64,000 nucleotides of DNA from Amoebophrya sp. A120 (Eukaryota; Protista; Dinoflagellata): positions 5,474,757-5,538,756 of the forward strand of contig CAJINV010000001.1 in assembly GCA_905178155.1 (NCBI GenBank), in the 5' to 3' direction. Shown here piece by piece: positions 36,745 through 48,380 of the stretch. Both the position numbers and the translations under genes were made by a program. Below the pieces are notes generated by a model. The model was not told the origin of the DNA and ran no database searches. It saw only the letters and a list, made by a program, of their open reading frames with translations. Position 1 is the stretch's first letter. Every line of letters starts with the position of its first letter.

Positions 36745-38769
36745 ATGATCATGAGTGCGCTTGAGGCACATTTAATCGCGGCCACAGGGTGGCCGCAATG
36801 GGCGTTGCGCACGTTAACCACGCTTGGCGTGATGACTGTCTCTGTCGTTTGCGCCGAGACCTTCCAGGCCGCGCGGGCCAAGAAGGACTCGGGGGGAGAC
36901 CACCAAACCGGGGTGATACCAAAGGGCTTTCGGCTGTTCCAGCTGCAGTACCTTTCGGTCTACCTGACCATCATGCTGGCGGACTGGCTGCAGGGGACCA
37001 ACATGTACACCTTATACGACGGATACGGAGTTGACATCGGTATACTGGATTTATTTGCTGTTTGGCTGGAGCTTCCGTTGCTTATCCAAGTTACCATCTT
37101 TTGCTGTTTCAGACTAAACGTTACGACAGAACATATATCCCGCAGGTTCGCTCTTTCTCACCGGCTTCCTGTCCTCCGCGGTTTTCGGTACCTTTCTGGG
37201 CATTTACGTCGACAAGTGGGGACGAAGATTTGGATGCATCATCTTTTGCGTCCTCGAGATCATCATCAACCTCCTGGAGCACGTATTGAATTTCAGGCCT
37301 TGATGGAGTTTCTAACACATTGCAATGACTCAGTGCGCAATGACTTTTAGCAAGTAATTGAATTCGGAATCGGATGCATCTCTTTTCGAAGGTAAACAAC
37401 TTTCCGCTCCTGCTCTTCGGACGAGTTTTGGGCGGTATGACGACGAGCATTTTGTTCAGTGCCTTTGAGTCCTGGATGGTGACTGAGCACCGAAAACGCA
37501 ACTTCCCGGAAAAGCTGCTGGAGTCAACGTTTTCGATTGCCTCGGCGGGGAACGGGCTCGTCGCCATCAAGGCTGGCGTCGTGGCCCAGGTGGCCGCGGA
37601 TGTTGCCGGGGACATTGGGCCCTTCCAATTAGCAATCTTCTTGACGGTGGTTACCCTGGCCATGGTGTGGTTCTGGCCCGAAAACAAGGGAGACGCTACC
37701 GCCCTGCAGAGCATAACGTCCGGCTTCAAGGAGGTACGAATGCGGTTCAACTTTTCTTGTTCAACCGTGCGTGTTGTGCATCCGTTAGCACTTAAATTGA
37801 AATTTGAACTACACAATTACAGGCAATGCAGTTGATTCGCCGCAGCCCAGCGATGCTCTGTCTGGGGCTGTCCCAAGCATTTTTCGAAGGTGGCGTGTAC
37901 ACTTTCGTCTTCATGTGGGTACCCAACATGCAGCTCGTGGCTGGCACAAAGGACCTGCCTTACGGGCTAATCTTCAGCTGCTTCATGCTCAGCATGACGC
38001 TCGGGGGCGCTCTCAGCGGTATAGCCCTCTTTCGACTGGCTTTCGCATGCTTCATATGGTGATAGGTTTTTTCCTTTGTCATTAACCGATGGCTCTCCAA
38101 TGAGGTTAAAGATCACTGCGGAACATGAAAATGCAGTGGTGAACATGATCACAATCAGGTATCCTGATCCCGTATCTCGGCGCCCACATGATGTGCATCA
38201 CGGTTTACATTTGCGCCGCCTGCGCAATGGCCGTGCCGATTTTCATGTACGATTTCTGGCCCGTGCTGGTGTGTTTCCTATCACTGGAGTGCGTTCTGGG
38301 CATGTTCAACGCCGGCGGGGGGTTGCTGCGATCGCAGTTTTACCCGGAAGAGATGCAGTCCTCCCTAATGTCGGTGTTCCGCATCCCGCTGAATTTGCTG
38401 GTGGTTTTCGGAACCAAACTCACCTCGTACGCGCAGAAGCAAGGCGCGGCGAGCCTGCAAAAGGTTTTTGGCGTCGTCGTCACCATGCATCTGATCGCGC
38501 TGGGTTTCCAACTCGCTCTCCGGTATCTGGTGTCCAAAGAGGCTGCTGGTTCTGCCGAAGGCGCGCCGGTGAAGAAAGCCTCCAAGTCCTCGAAGGGGCC
38601 TGTCGAAGACGAGCCAGATGGGAAGAAGAGTGAGACGCTCAGAAAACGGGCAAGCACAAGCACGGGCCGGGGCAAGAGTCCAAAGGCGGGAAAGAGTCCG
38701 AAATCGGCCATGAAAAAAAGTCCAGCCAAACGAGGAGCGTCCATCAGCAGCCCTAAGAAAAACAGGTAG
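36745..38769 (+). CDS. MFSD5: MFSD5 / MOT2-type molybdate-anion transporter (DUF791, MFS)
   Basis: YLSVYLTIMLADWLQGTNMYTLY, GRVLGGMTTSILFSAFESWMVTEH, FEGGVYTFVFMWVP, SVFRIPLN. Exons 36745-37039, 37146-37282, 37392-37733, 37823-38018, 38159-38769, all in-frame GT-AG. Confidence 0.9.
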
Positions 38770-39403
38770 TTGAAGTCGAGAAGAAAATGGCTGTGAATTT
38801 TTTTTACATTGTTCTCGTCGTGGGGCTATGGATACGGTCTCGACCTAGTTCTTGTGTTTTCGCCAATTTTATGGAAGCACGTCAAGACATGAACATCAGT
38901 CAAAAAGTCGATGTGAAGAAATGTATTCAGTTTGTGTATGCCGCCTCCTTGTACAGGCTTTTTTGCATTACTGGAGAGGACCGTGTTCGCTTTTTTCATT
39001 TTTGTGATCAACTTCTCGCCTCGGTTTTTGCTCTTGGTTCTTGTCTTTTCAAAAGATGTTGCAGTGACACAAAGACGCGACCGCAAAACGAGTGAGGATT
39101 TAGATTTCTTTCCAGGCAGCTATTGCTACCTAGCTTTCACAGCGTTGATGCCCAACATCTGCTCGCAGAACTCTGTTTTGACAGGAACCTTCCTCCCGAT
39201 CCCTACTTTTAGATAGTGCTCAGAAAACTAAATACGAAATGCGCGAACAAGGACATGTGCGCTGGTGCCTGCAGCCTCAGAAGACAGTATGTGTCGGTTT
39301 TAGGCCAGGAAAATGAGGTAGAAAATGCAGGAGCTGGCAGTAACGCCCGCACAAATAATACGAGACTCGCACGGCTGTAATTTTTTTTTGTGAGCAGCAA
39401 ACG

Positions 39404-41710
39404 ATGGAAGCGGTAGACCACGAGGCATTCGAGAGTGCCGACGAGCGGCCGGAGCTTACTTTGCCCGATGCAGCCGATGCCAGCGGGAAAGCTGCTGTTA
39501 AGATTGACGCTAACAAGGAGGGGCCAAGTACCTCGAGCCCTGTTGCGGACGAAGGCACAACAATAACAAAAGCTGCAAGCCGGGAAGTGCTTTCCATAGA
39601 GCACACTATCGCAGATGCGGTAAGCAAGATAAGTCGTTCCGCAGCTGCTGCGTCCAGCCAAAAGAGCGGAGGCCCTTCGACCACGAGTGCAAACGAAACT
39701 CGTACCAAAGGAGCTTCTCCGGGAAGCGATAGTGTCGACGCCGATAGTACATCGACATTACCATCAGCCACCTCGCAACAACGTGCGGAGGGCTCCCAAG
39801 CTGCGCCGGTCCTACTCCCGTCTTTACACTGTGGAGAAGATGTAGTTGCCATAAGCGAAGTCGCCGTAATCGCCTCGATCAAAACGACCCAGGCCGAGGA
39901 TGCGAATGTGCGGTTGCCTAAGCTTGAGGAGGATCAGGTGCTGACTGATTTTTCTGCTTCCGCAGCTGCGGGGGTACAAGCGATCGAAGTAGGACCGGAT
40001 GACCAGCTGGAGGTAGAAGCAGATCATGCCAAGGAGTCCACACTGGTTGCAGAGGAATCGGAACCCTCGTCGTCTAGCACCACCGCGAAAGCCGAGATTG
40101 GAACCGATGGTCCTGACCAAGATTCGCATATCGAAGCCCCATCCACCGCGCAAAACGAAGAACCCGCCGGAGTGGCTGCAGTAAAAAATGATGCCGCATC
40201 GCCCTTGCCGTTGCTGGCGGAACAACTCGACGAGCGGCAAACCGAGCGAGCTACCACCTCGACTCCTGAGGGGAAAACACTACTTGCACGACCACCGCCC
40301 TCATCGACTACTAGTGAGGAGACGCTCCTTCCGCGCCTAGATGATTTCCTAAGTTGCGACGGTTCCCTGGCGGAGTTGCGCAAAGTGCAAGAAATACAGC
40401 AGTCGAACTCACCGTTGTCCGGACCGGCCGCGACAACTGTTCTTTCGCAAAGTACGCCAAGTAGCACCGCGGTGACATCATCAACGACGAAGAAAAAGCG
40501 GATGGTCGTCGGATCTCTAGATCACGATGCGGGACGGATAGGAACTGGTTCGCCGGTGTCAGGAATAAAGAACAGTATTGGGACCACGACGGCCTTACAG
40601 CATAGTACTAAAAATCGTTCACAGCCGGCGCGCGAAGAACCGGCAGTCGGTGGGCTCGGGCTTTTGGACGACATTGACCTCTCGCAAGAACGTTCCACTT
40701 CTTCAGGTCGGGGCAGAACAACGGACAGTCGAACAAACTCCGCAAGCTGGAGCTGGTCCTCTTCCACCACCACATCTGGAGGTGCTTCGAGCTCGTCCTC
40801 AACATCGGCGACCATAACGACTTCCCCCCTCGACGACCCATATTTCGCGTCCTTATCCCTCGACGAGCAGGAAGAAAGACTGCGGGAACGGGTACCTGTA
40901 CTGTTGGAAGAGATGAATCGCGCCAGTTTATCCACCAACGAGTGCGAGCGCGAGTACGGGGAGAAGAAGAAGCGGCATTCCGCGCTGCTGCAGCAGTGGA
41001 AGATGGCCTACCGGCAGATGCGGTCGGTGCGCGGGCGGGAGATCGACGCCGCGCGGCCCTTTTTCGAACAGGAAGAGCGGAAGCACCGCGCGGAACTCCA
41101 GATGTACACGGCGCTGGAAGGGTTCACAGACATGCAGCAACTGGTCGATGCCGCGAAAGATGAGCTGGCAGATTTGGAGGAAAAACTGCACTACGGGGCC
41201 CACGAGGTGAAATTGTCGGAAGCCGACCAGGAGGAGCTCAGTAAGACCACCTTGCGCATCTTGCAGGTTCAACAGCGGCGCGACAAAGCCGAGCAGGTGT
41301 ACGGAAGCGCTTTGAAGCAGTTCGTGACGGCGTGCGAACTGCTGGAACGGCGGAAGGTCGAGGCGGGGCCGGTGTTGCTCGAGGATGTGCGCCCGCTGTT
41401 CCGGCAAATGGTGTACTACCAAGAGTCATTGTCTAACTTGAGCGCGGAGGCCGCCGAGGCAGAGGCGCGAGCGCACCAAGCCAGGTTGGACTACCAGGCC
41501 GCGTTGCGGGGACTGGAAAACATCAATAACACGATCCACGGCCTGCGCAAGTCCTGTTCTGCGAGTTCCGTCAGGGAAGAAGATTTGGACCAAGAAGTTG
41601 ATGATAGCCGGGAGAGTGACGAAGAGGGAAGCAGAAGTGGTAGCAATGATTTCACGAATGACAGTTTTACAAACCATGACAGGATAGCAACGTCCAATCC
41701 CTTTGAATGA
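39404..41710 (+). CDS. SH3BP5-domain protein (putative Rab11 GEF) with long disordered N-terminus
   Basis: LEEMNRASLSTNECE, GREIDAARPFFE, VRPLF, YQAALRGLENINNTIHGLR match the SH3BP5/REI-1 coiled-coil pattern as recalled. Confidence 0.7.
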   Translation: MEAVDHEAFESADERPELTLPDAADASGKAAVKIDANKEGPSTSSPVADEGTTITKAASREVLSIEHTIADAVSKISRSAAAASSQKSGGPSTTSANETRTKGASPGSDSVDADSTSTLPSATSQQRAEGSQAAPVLLPSLHCGEDVVAISEVAVIASIKTTQAEDANVRLPKLEEDQVLTDFSASAAAGVQAIEVGPDDQLEVEADHAKESTLVAEESEPSSSSTTAKAEIGTDGPDQDSHIEAPSTAQNEEPAGVAAVKNDAASPLPLLAEQLDERQTERATTSTPEGKTLLARPPPSSTTSEETLLPRLDDFLSCDGSLAELRKVQEIQQSNSPLSGPAATTVLSQSTPSSTAVTSSTTKKKRMVVGSLDHDAGRIGTGSPVSGIKNSIGTTTALQHSTKNRSQPAREEPAVGGLGLLDDIDLSQERSTSSGRGRTTDSRTNSASWSWSSSTTTSGGASSSSSTSATITTSPLDDPYFASLSLDEQEERLRERVPVLLEEMNRASLSTNECEREYGEKKKRHSALLQQWKMAYRQMRSVRGREIDAARPFFEQEERKHRAELQMYTALEGFTDMQQLVDAAKDELADLEEKLHYGAHEVKLSEADQEELSKTTLRILQVQQRRDKAEQVYGSALKQFVTACELLERRKVEAGPVLLEDVRPLFRQMVYYQESLSNLSAEAAEAEARAHQARLDYQAALRGLENINNTIHGLRKSCSASSVREEDLDQEVDDSRESDEEGSRSGSNDFTNDSFTNHDRIATSNPFE

Positions 41711-42590
41711 CAGATGGATGTAAAAGTCGCTTGCTGAGGGTAGGTCGCAGCGTTTGCTGCGTACCTGCCGCTCCTCGTCGCATATCTTTCCGTTAATTAG
41801 AATCGGGAGAACGATGAAGCATACGACACTTGTCGAGTTGATCATCGTTTCGAGGTGGCTGTTCACCTTCGGAACAAAATGTTCACGAACCGAGTGGGAG
41901 CGATGAAGTTTTCGTGAGTAAAAGAGGGTCGTCGTCAAGAACACGGGTTTTGTCGTAGATGGGATGTTTGGTAAGTAGAAGGAACATTATTTGGCCGTGC
42001 TTTTACTCTAAACAGATCCAGATTTTGTTTGCTGAGTCCTCTACTCGTTTAGACTTTGTGAATTTTTCATTTTGCGATGTTCCTCCACTCTTTTACCTTT
42101 GTGTCTTTTACTTGACCGATTCATTCTTTCATTTTGCTTTTGTGCCTTTCTTGTTGATGTAGCACGCAGTTGTCAACATCATCATTTGCTTTCTTTATCT
42201 TTTTGCCGGAATGTGTGCGCTTCTTTCATCTTCTTCGAGGCCACAGCAGAGAACGTTTTGTTCACACTGACTGCATGATCCGCATAGTATCAAAAGACAG
42301 AGATTATCGTCATAAGCTGTCTTGTGTCATAGGCATGCCTAGCAGGCACAACACATATTTCAGATGCAGCAGGCACAGAGGTTTATTTCTCCACCGGCGA
42401 CTGCATCTTGAGCATGACAAAGTACCCCCATAGTCGTATCTCTCGCAAGTCCTTTTCCCACCGGACGAAATGAAATTTCTCTCTGTCATTGAAAACAACT
42501 GGTATCTCTACGCTAGAAAAGCGGAGCACTAGGTCCATAGATCCGAGAGAAAGTTTTTGAAGTAGCCCGAGGGCGAACCACTCAGCCAAG

Positions 42591-43285
42591 ATGGAGCAGC
42601 ATCAGGTGCACGTGTGGGAAAACACGTACCAGATGGAGCCCAAACACGAACAGAAATTTCTCCCCTCAAAAGTCACGGAAATCATCGATGAGGTGATGAC
42701 GAAAAAGCTGGCCGACAGGTAAAAGATTGGTCTGGCATCCTGATGAATTTAAGTATTCCTGCATGACTGGAATATATGCCATACCATCTTCGCCATGAGA
42801 ATGAAAATGCAATTTAGAAATGCCGCAACTCTTGTTCAAAACAGGGAGTACGATCCAGACATGGCAAAGACATGGACTTTGGAGCTGTGCAACGAAATCA
42901 AGGCGGCGGTGAAAGCGCACGGATCCATCCCCCGACACAAGATCATTTATGGTGGGGAAAGTTTCACTAGCAGTATGATATCCTACCTCATGCTATTGCG
43001 GATTCTACTTGATATGACTTCTATGAGAGGTGCAGCGGGTCTCCTCGTGTTTTGTGTTGAACATGCATGTTTGTGTCGCAAGCTATTTCAGGCAGCATCT
43101 GCTAGTGAAGCTTTTTCCAGAGTGATACGTTCTGCCAGGTGGTAATTGGGGAGGCCGCGGGACAGGGGATGCGGGTCGTGTCGAAGTGTCTGTGGGACGT
43201 GAATGTCGACAACTGGGCATCGTTCTCCTTCAAAAGCCCTACCATGTTTGCCGTGGGCATGGTCTTTGGCTGCTACTACGAATAA
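42591..43285 (+). CDS. Tctex1-family dynein light chain (TCTEX1D2/Tctex2b-like)
   Basis: WENTYQMEP..KFLPSKV; RHKIICQVVIGEAAGQGMRVVSKCLWDVNVDNWAS..FAVGMVFGCYYE*. Exons 42591-42718, 42845-42946, 43132-43285; the second intron is non-canonical. Confidence 0.88.
42947..43131 (+). mobile_element. Inverted-repeat non-canonical intron in the Tctex1 gene
   Basis: AAAGTTTCACTAGCAG (42958-42973) vs CTGCTAGTGAAGCTTT (43099-43114), 15/16; ends TAT/ATA. The conserved K-I-I-C-Q-V-V requires 185 nt removed; the nearby GT donors and AG acceptors checked do not keep frame. Confidence 0.8.
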
Positions 43286-44731
43286 GAGGAACTACGAGTC
43301 GTACTATCAGCACGTATTACAACCAGGTGAAAATAGCCACGATTTTGCTACGAACAATTCTCCATCTCCAAAGATCCAATGAAATTGTCAAAAGTACAAC
43401 TACGTCGGACAACATCGACCTGAGAAACTACAACAGAACTCATCTCCCGACGAGGGCAAGAACGCGAATTCACTTCCTGCACAAGAACTTCTAGCAGAAG
43501 GTGAAGATGATCATTTTTACCACACTTCCTCAGACCACTTGAATAGTAGTACCTCCCACACCAGCACAGGAAATCGCCAAGAAGACGAGGAACAGTACGA
43601 CTGTGAGCCGGGTATGCAAGAACGGAAGAATCTTCTTTCTTTTCCATTACGGAAACAGGCGAAGCGACATCGATTCGGAAGCGGTTTGCAGTAGAGACTG
43701 TGTTGAACAGCTGTGTTTCGTTCTAGGCAAACCTTTCAGGAGGCGGAAGATGATTTTGAAATTGAAACTTGCGGTTTAGATCAAAATACCATCGGATAGC
43801 CTCAGTTTGCTACGACCCCGAGTCTCGGCGGCTGCAGTTTTGTAAATAAAACGGACGGTTTTCTTCCGACAAGACTGCTGCAGGGCAGCGCAAGCAACAA
43901 GACCACCAGCCTCCTACACTACTAAGTTCAAACTTCCCAGTACTAGATGAGCTACAATCTGGCGCTCTATGTATTCGTTTGTAGATTGCGAGAGTTGTCA
44001 CGAAAAAAAAAAATGCTGCGAAAAAGCAAACCAATTGTGATCGCTACTGAATTAGCAAAAGGAAAAAAATCCACGAACCGTGCAGCACGAACGAGGACTA
44101 TGCTGGGCGATCGTGTTGTGCACTGCCAAAGAGCCGCAGCCAGCACTAGTTTGATGATTTTCGTCGAAGTTGAAGCACGTGTGAGGTGTCGTTGTACCGG
44201 TTGTCGCGCACACAGGTTTATTCAATGTCTGGTTCGTTATTGTTCTTGGTTTTGTTTCGGTTAGTCACATGATGACGAGGCAATAGGAGATCTGATCCCT
44301 GTTTTTCACGAAGAAGAAGACTTTCATCATTTTGGTACGATCTAAAAACAAAGAGAATACGAATCCTGCACAGAATGCAGGTAGTTCCAAAAGCGTGCCG
44401 GTGCCTCTTGCTCCTTCAACAGTAGAGGAAGTTGAAACTTTGATCACAAGCCTCTTGCATGCCACAGATCTTCCTGCTATTTCTGCATTGGCTTTTTTAT
44501 GAAAATCTTCCCCCTTATTTTTTTCTTCTGACTTTCATTTTTCAGACCGAAAAACAAAGAGACTCACATTATAGTACTTTTTCTGCTCCTGAACTTATTC
44601 TTTGCGCCCGCCCAGGTGCTTGTTGTGACCACTGTGACTCTTCCTCATACTATGTCTGTTACTGCTAGCTGCCACTTTTACGTTTTCTAAACAACCCTAA
44701 CCCCACGACCCCACCAGACGCAAGCGACAAA

Positions 44732-47700
44732 ATGACCGTGCCGATCAATCTGTCCGAAGAGAACATCGGTCTGCTTTTCGACCACTGCGCGAAGCAGGCC
44801 TGTGTGCCGGAGGACATCCAAGAGTACGCCAAAGAAGTTTCCGTGCAGATTGCCATGGGCGCAGATACTACCTCCCTCGAACAGGATCTGCTGGATTCGA
44901 TTCTCGAAATCCTCGAAGAGGCGGGTATGGAGACTCCGGAAGCGTTTTTGAAAGAAGTCGCAAACCTCTGCAAAACCGCCATGCAGCAAAACGGCAGAAT
45001 AGACGACTTGATAGCAGGAGGAGGATCATCTTCACCTACAGCAGGAGCTGTTAGTCCGACAAAAGACGGAACGACCGCGTCACCTGCGATGAAAAAGACG
45101 ACAGCAGAAGTAGCAGATGAGATGAAAGGCGAAAAAGCGGATCCATTTGTGGACCAGAGCCTCGCGAAGCTGATGGCAGCATCAGCAGCTTCGGACAAGC
45201 AGCCGACCAAGGACGAGGACAGAACGCCTTCAACCTCCTCTTTCAGTCCGGGAAGCAGAATACAACAGAGCGACAAGTACGTTTGTCGGGTGCCAAATCT
45301 GATGCTCCTGTACGGTGGCGGGAAGCTTTTGCTAAAAAGCGCGACCCTCGATTTGCAGCGGGGCCACAGGTACGGCATTGTGGGTAAAAACGGAGCGGGT
45401 AAAACGACTCTGCTCACCATGATTGCAACGGGGAAAATCGTCGATTTGCCGTTGGGCAAATACGACATTGTTTCCGTGCAGGCCTCCGTCGCGTCCAGCA
45501 GTGGCTCGGTATACGAGTACGCGATCGAGGCATTCCACAGATTCAGGGCCGCGAAAGAAGCACAGAATACCGAAACAGCGGAAGAGGTACAGACTGAATG
45601 ATGCTTGGATTTTTAGACGTAATTCCTTGTCTATGCGCATGACCCTGAAAAGACGCGGCCGGCTGTTTTACCGATTCGAATAAGTGGTGTTCTCTGATGA
45701 AGTTTTGGAATACAGTTTTTCCTCACTTGAAATTGAATAAATACAGGTCGTCCGCAGCGCCCTCGAGATGGTCGGTTTCTGTGACCCCTCCGCAAAAGAT
45801 CAGGACAACTCCCCGACCCCGCGCAGCAACCAATCCCCCACCAGCACGGGAACTGCAAATAATAGCAGCGACATCCGCGAAGACACGAAAATGCGGCGCT
45901 CGTGGGAGGAAAACGTCGCCGAGTTGAGCGGGGGCTGGCGAATGCGACTGTCTCTCGCGGTGGGCAAAATCGAGTGCGCGGCCCCGGACATTCTGCTTCT
46001 GGACGAACCGACCAATCACTTGGACGTGAACGCGGTGAGGTGGCTGGCGGGGTATTTGACCACCACGCTACCAACAAAAACTGCCGTCCTGATCGTGTCC
46101 CACGACGCGGAGTTTTTGGAAAAGGTCTGCACGGACGTGATCCACTTCGAAAACCAGAAACTCGACTACTATTCTGGCGGTTTTACCGAATTCCGCAAAG
46201 CCCTGGGCATGAGCGACGCCGAGATGCAAGATTTGCTCCAGACCATGGCGCACGCGACCGGCGGGGGTGCGACCGGCACAGACGATGGCAGTGCGCCCCA
46301 GGCCTACCAGCGCCGACCCGAGCTGGACGAAGCCGACCGGAAAGTCGCAGACAGTTTGGCGTTTCTGAACCTCGACGACACCCTCGGCAAGGAGGTCCCG
46401 AAGCAGGGAGAAGACTCGAAGTGGGTGGGATGCGCACCGGCTGGGGGAGTGGACAAACTTTCCTTCCCGATACCCGGAAAGCTGGACGGCATCGCCAACG
46501 ACAAAAAATCCATCCTGGAGCTGAAAAACATCAAGTACTCTGACACGTGATAGATGTTGTTTTGACCTGTAGACGATGTGGAAAACTAGAGTTGCAATCT
46601 TCGTGTAAGTGTAATTTGCCGCATTTAGTACTTTACTTTACTAGTACACCATCACCCACCACTTCATCAACCACACACGACGCATCAGTTTTCGCTACTC
46701 CGAGACGGCACCCATGGTTCTAGAGAACGTCAATTGCCGGCTCACCATCGCGTCTCGCGTCGCGTTGGAAGGTGCGAACGGTGCGGGGAAATCCACTTTA
46801 CTCGGACTCCTTTCCGGTGAGCTTGCTCCCGACTTGGAGCTGAAGGCAAGCGGCGCGGCGGAGCCGATCATGTATAAGCACAGGAACCTGCGCCTTGCTT
46901 ACATCGCACAGCACCACACCTTCCACTTGCAGGAGTTTGCAATCTGTAGTCCTTTGGTGTACATGCAAAAACGGTTCAAAAACGGCTACGACGAGGAACT
47001 GCAGAAGCGGTTGCTGACGCTTTCGCCCGACGAAGAGCAGTATGTGATTGAGCAGGCAAAAAAGCAGGGGAAGTACGGCAAGCGCGTCCGAGACATCGCG
47101 GGAAGGCAAAAGCGCGGGAAGGAATTCTACTACGAGGTATGATTTTTGCTTGATGCGACGAAGCATTCGAGCGATGCTGAAGCAGTTAAGCAGTTATTTG
47201 CTACAAGTTTGTGGTATGACTTTGTCTTTGACTTTCACTTTGTTTTCCCGTGCCATCAGCATTTGCACCATTCAACACCCAACAGATCCAGTGGCAAGAC
47301 CTTCCGGACAGCAAGCAAAACACGTTCGAGCCGCAGTCCAAGCTCCGCCAAATGGGCGTCGAGAACGTGTGTCGGGCGTACGACGAGCGGCAGCAAGCGG
47401 TGGCCGCGGGCAATGACCAGCGGCCGCTGTCCAACCGCGAGATTCTGAAGCACTTCGAAAACTTCGGGTTTGACGAAGACATGGTGGAACGCAGGCAGTT
47501 GGGGAGCTTCAGTATGGGGCAGAAATCTCGGTTGCTACTCGCCGCGTCCATGTGGGTCAAGCCGCACTGCCTGTTCCTCGACGAACCAACAAACTACATC
47601 GATCAGGAAACGCTGGACGCCTTGGAGAAGGCGTTGAAGTTTTTCCGCGGGGCGGTTTTGATCGTCAGTCACAACCACGATTTTCTGAAACGAGTGTGCA

Positions 47701-47756
47701 CCGAGCACTGGCGGGTCGAAGACAAAAAGGTGGCAACTGCTGGGATGAAAAAATAG
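44732..47756 (+). CDS. eEF3/New1-like ABC-F ATPase with chromodomain insertion in ABC2
   Basis: GKNGAGKTT, LSGGWRMR, LLLDEPTNHLD; GANGAGKST, NLRLAYIAQHH, YMQKRF.NG.DEE, YYEIQW, LDEPTNYID. GT-AG introns 45587-45746, 46535-46688, 47137-47285. Confidence 0.85.
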
Positions 47757-48380
47757 TAGTATAGAGCGATCATGAAGTAAGAAAGTACACAAAGAAAAGC
47801 ACGATATTTCTCTTCTCGAAAGGCGCCAATCTGCCGGTAAGAATTTTCATAGTGCAGCCATGTAGTTCTTGCCGTGTAAATAGATCTCGATCTTTCACAT
47901 CGAAACACGATCAGAAACTGTTGACCTTGACAAGATCCTCGGATAGGTCCGCGATGTGTGTACAATCGCGTTCATGAATTTTCGTTTGTCCCGCATGCCA
48001 CGGAAGGCCAACAGAGTGTGTGGCTGCGGCCAAAATTTCAAGACTAATGACAGATCAGAGAAAGGCAAAGCAGATCCACAAAATCCGCGGTCATACGAAT
48101 TTTCGATCCTTGCAGAACAAGATGCTGATGTGCAGACAATCTACTAGTTCCAATTACTAAAAGTGATTGGATGTTGACGAAAATGGGCGGATCATTGTAA
48201 AAGAGTTGTATAGTAAACTGTACTGCTTCCCACACCCACAGGAAATCCTCAAGAAGATCGTAGCGACATCATAGGCATTTGCTACCCTTGTAAGAACTGC
48301 TTCTAGGATAGATTCGATCTGACAGTGACCCTAATTTCCTGCTTTTCCGACGAGGACATCGCTCTCCTCCGGCAAAACTC

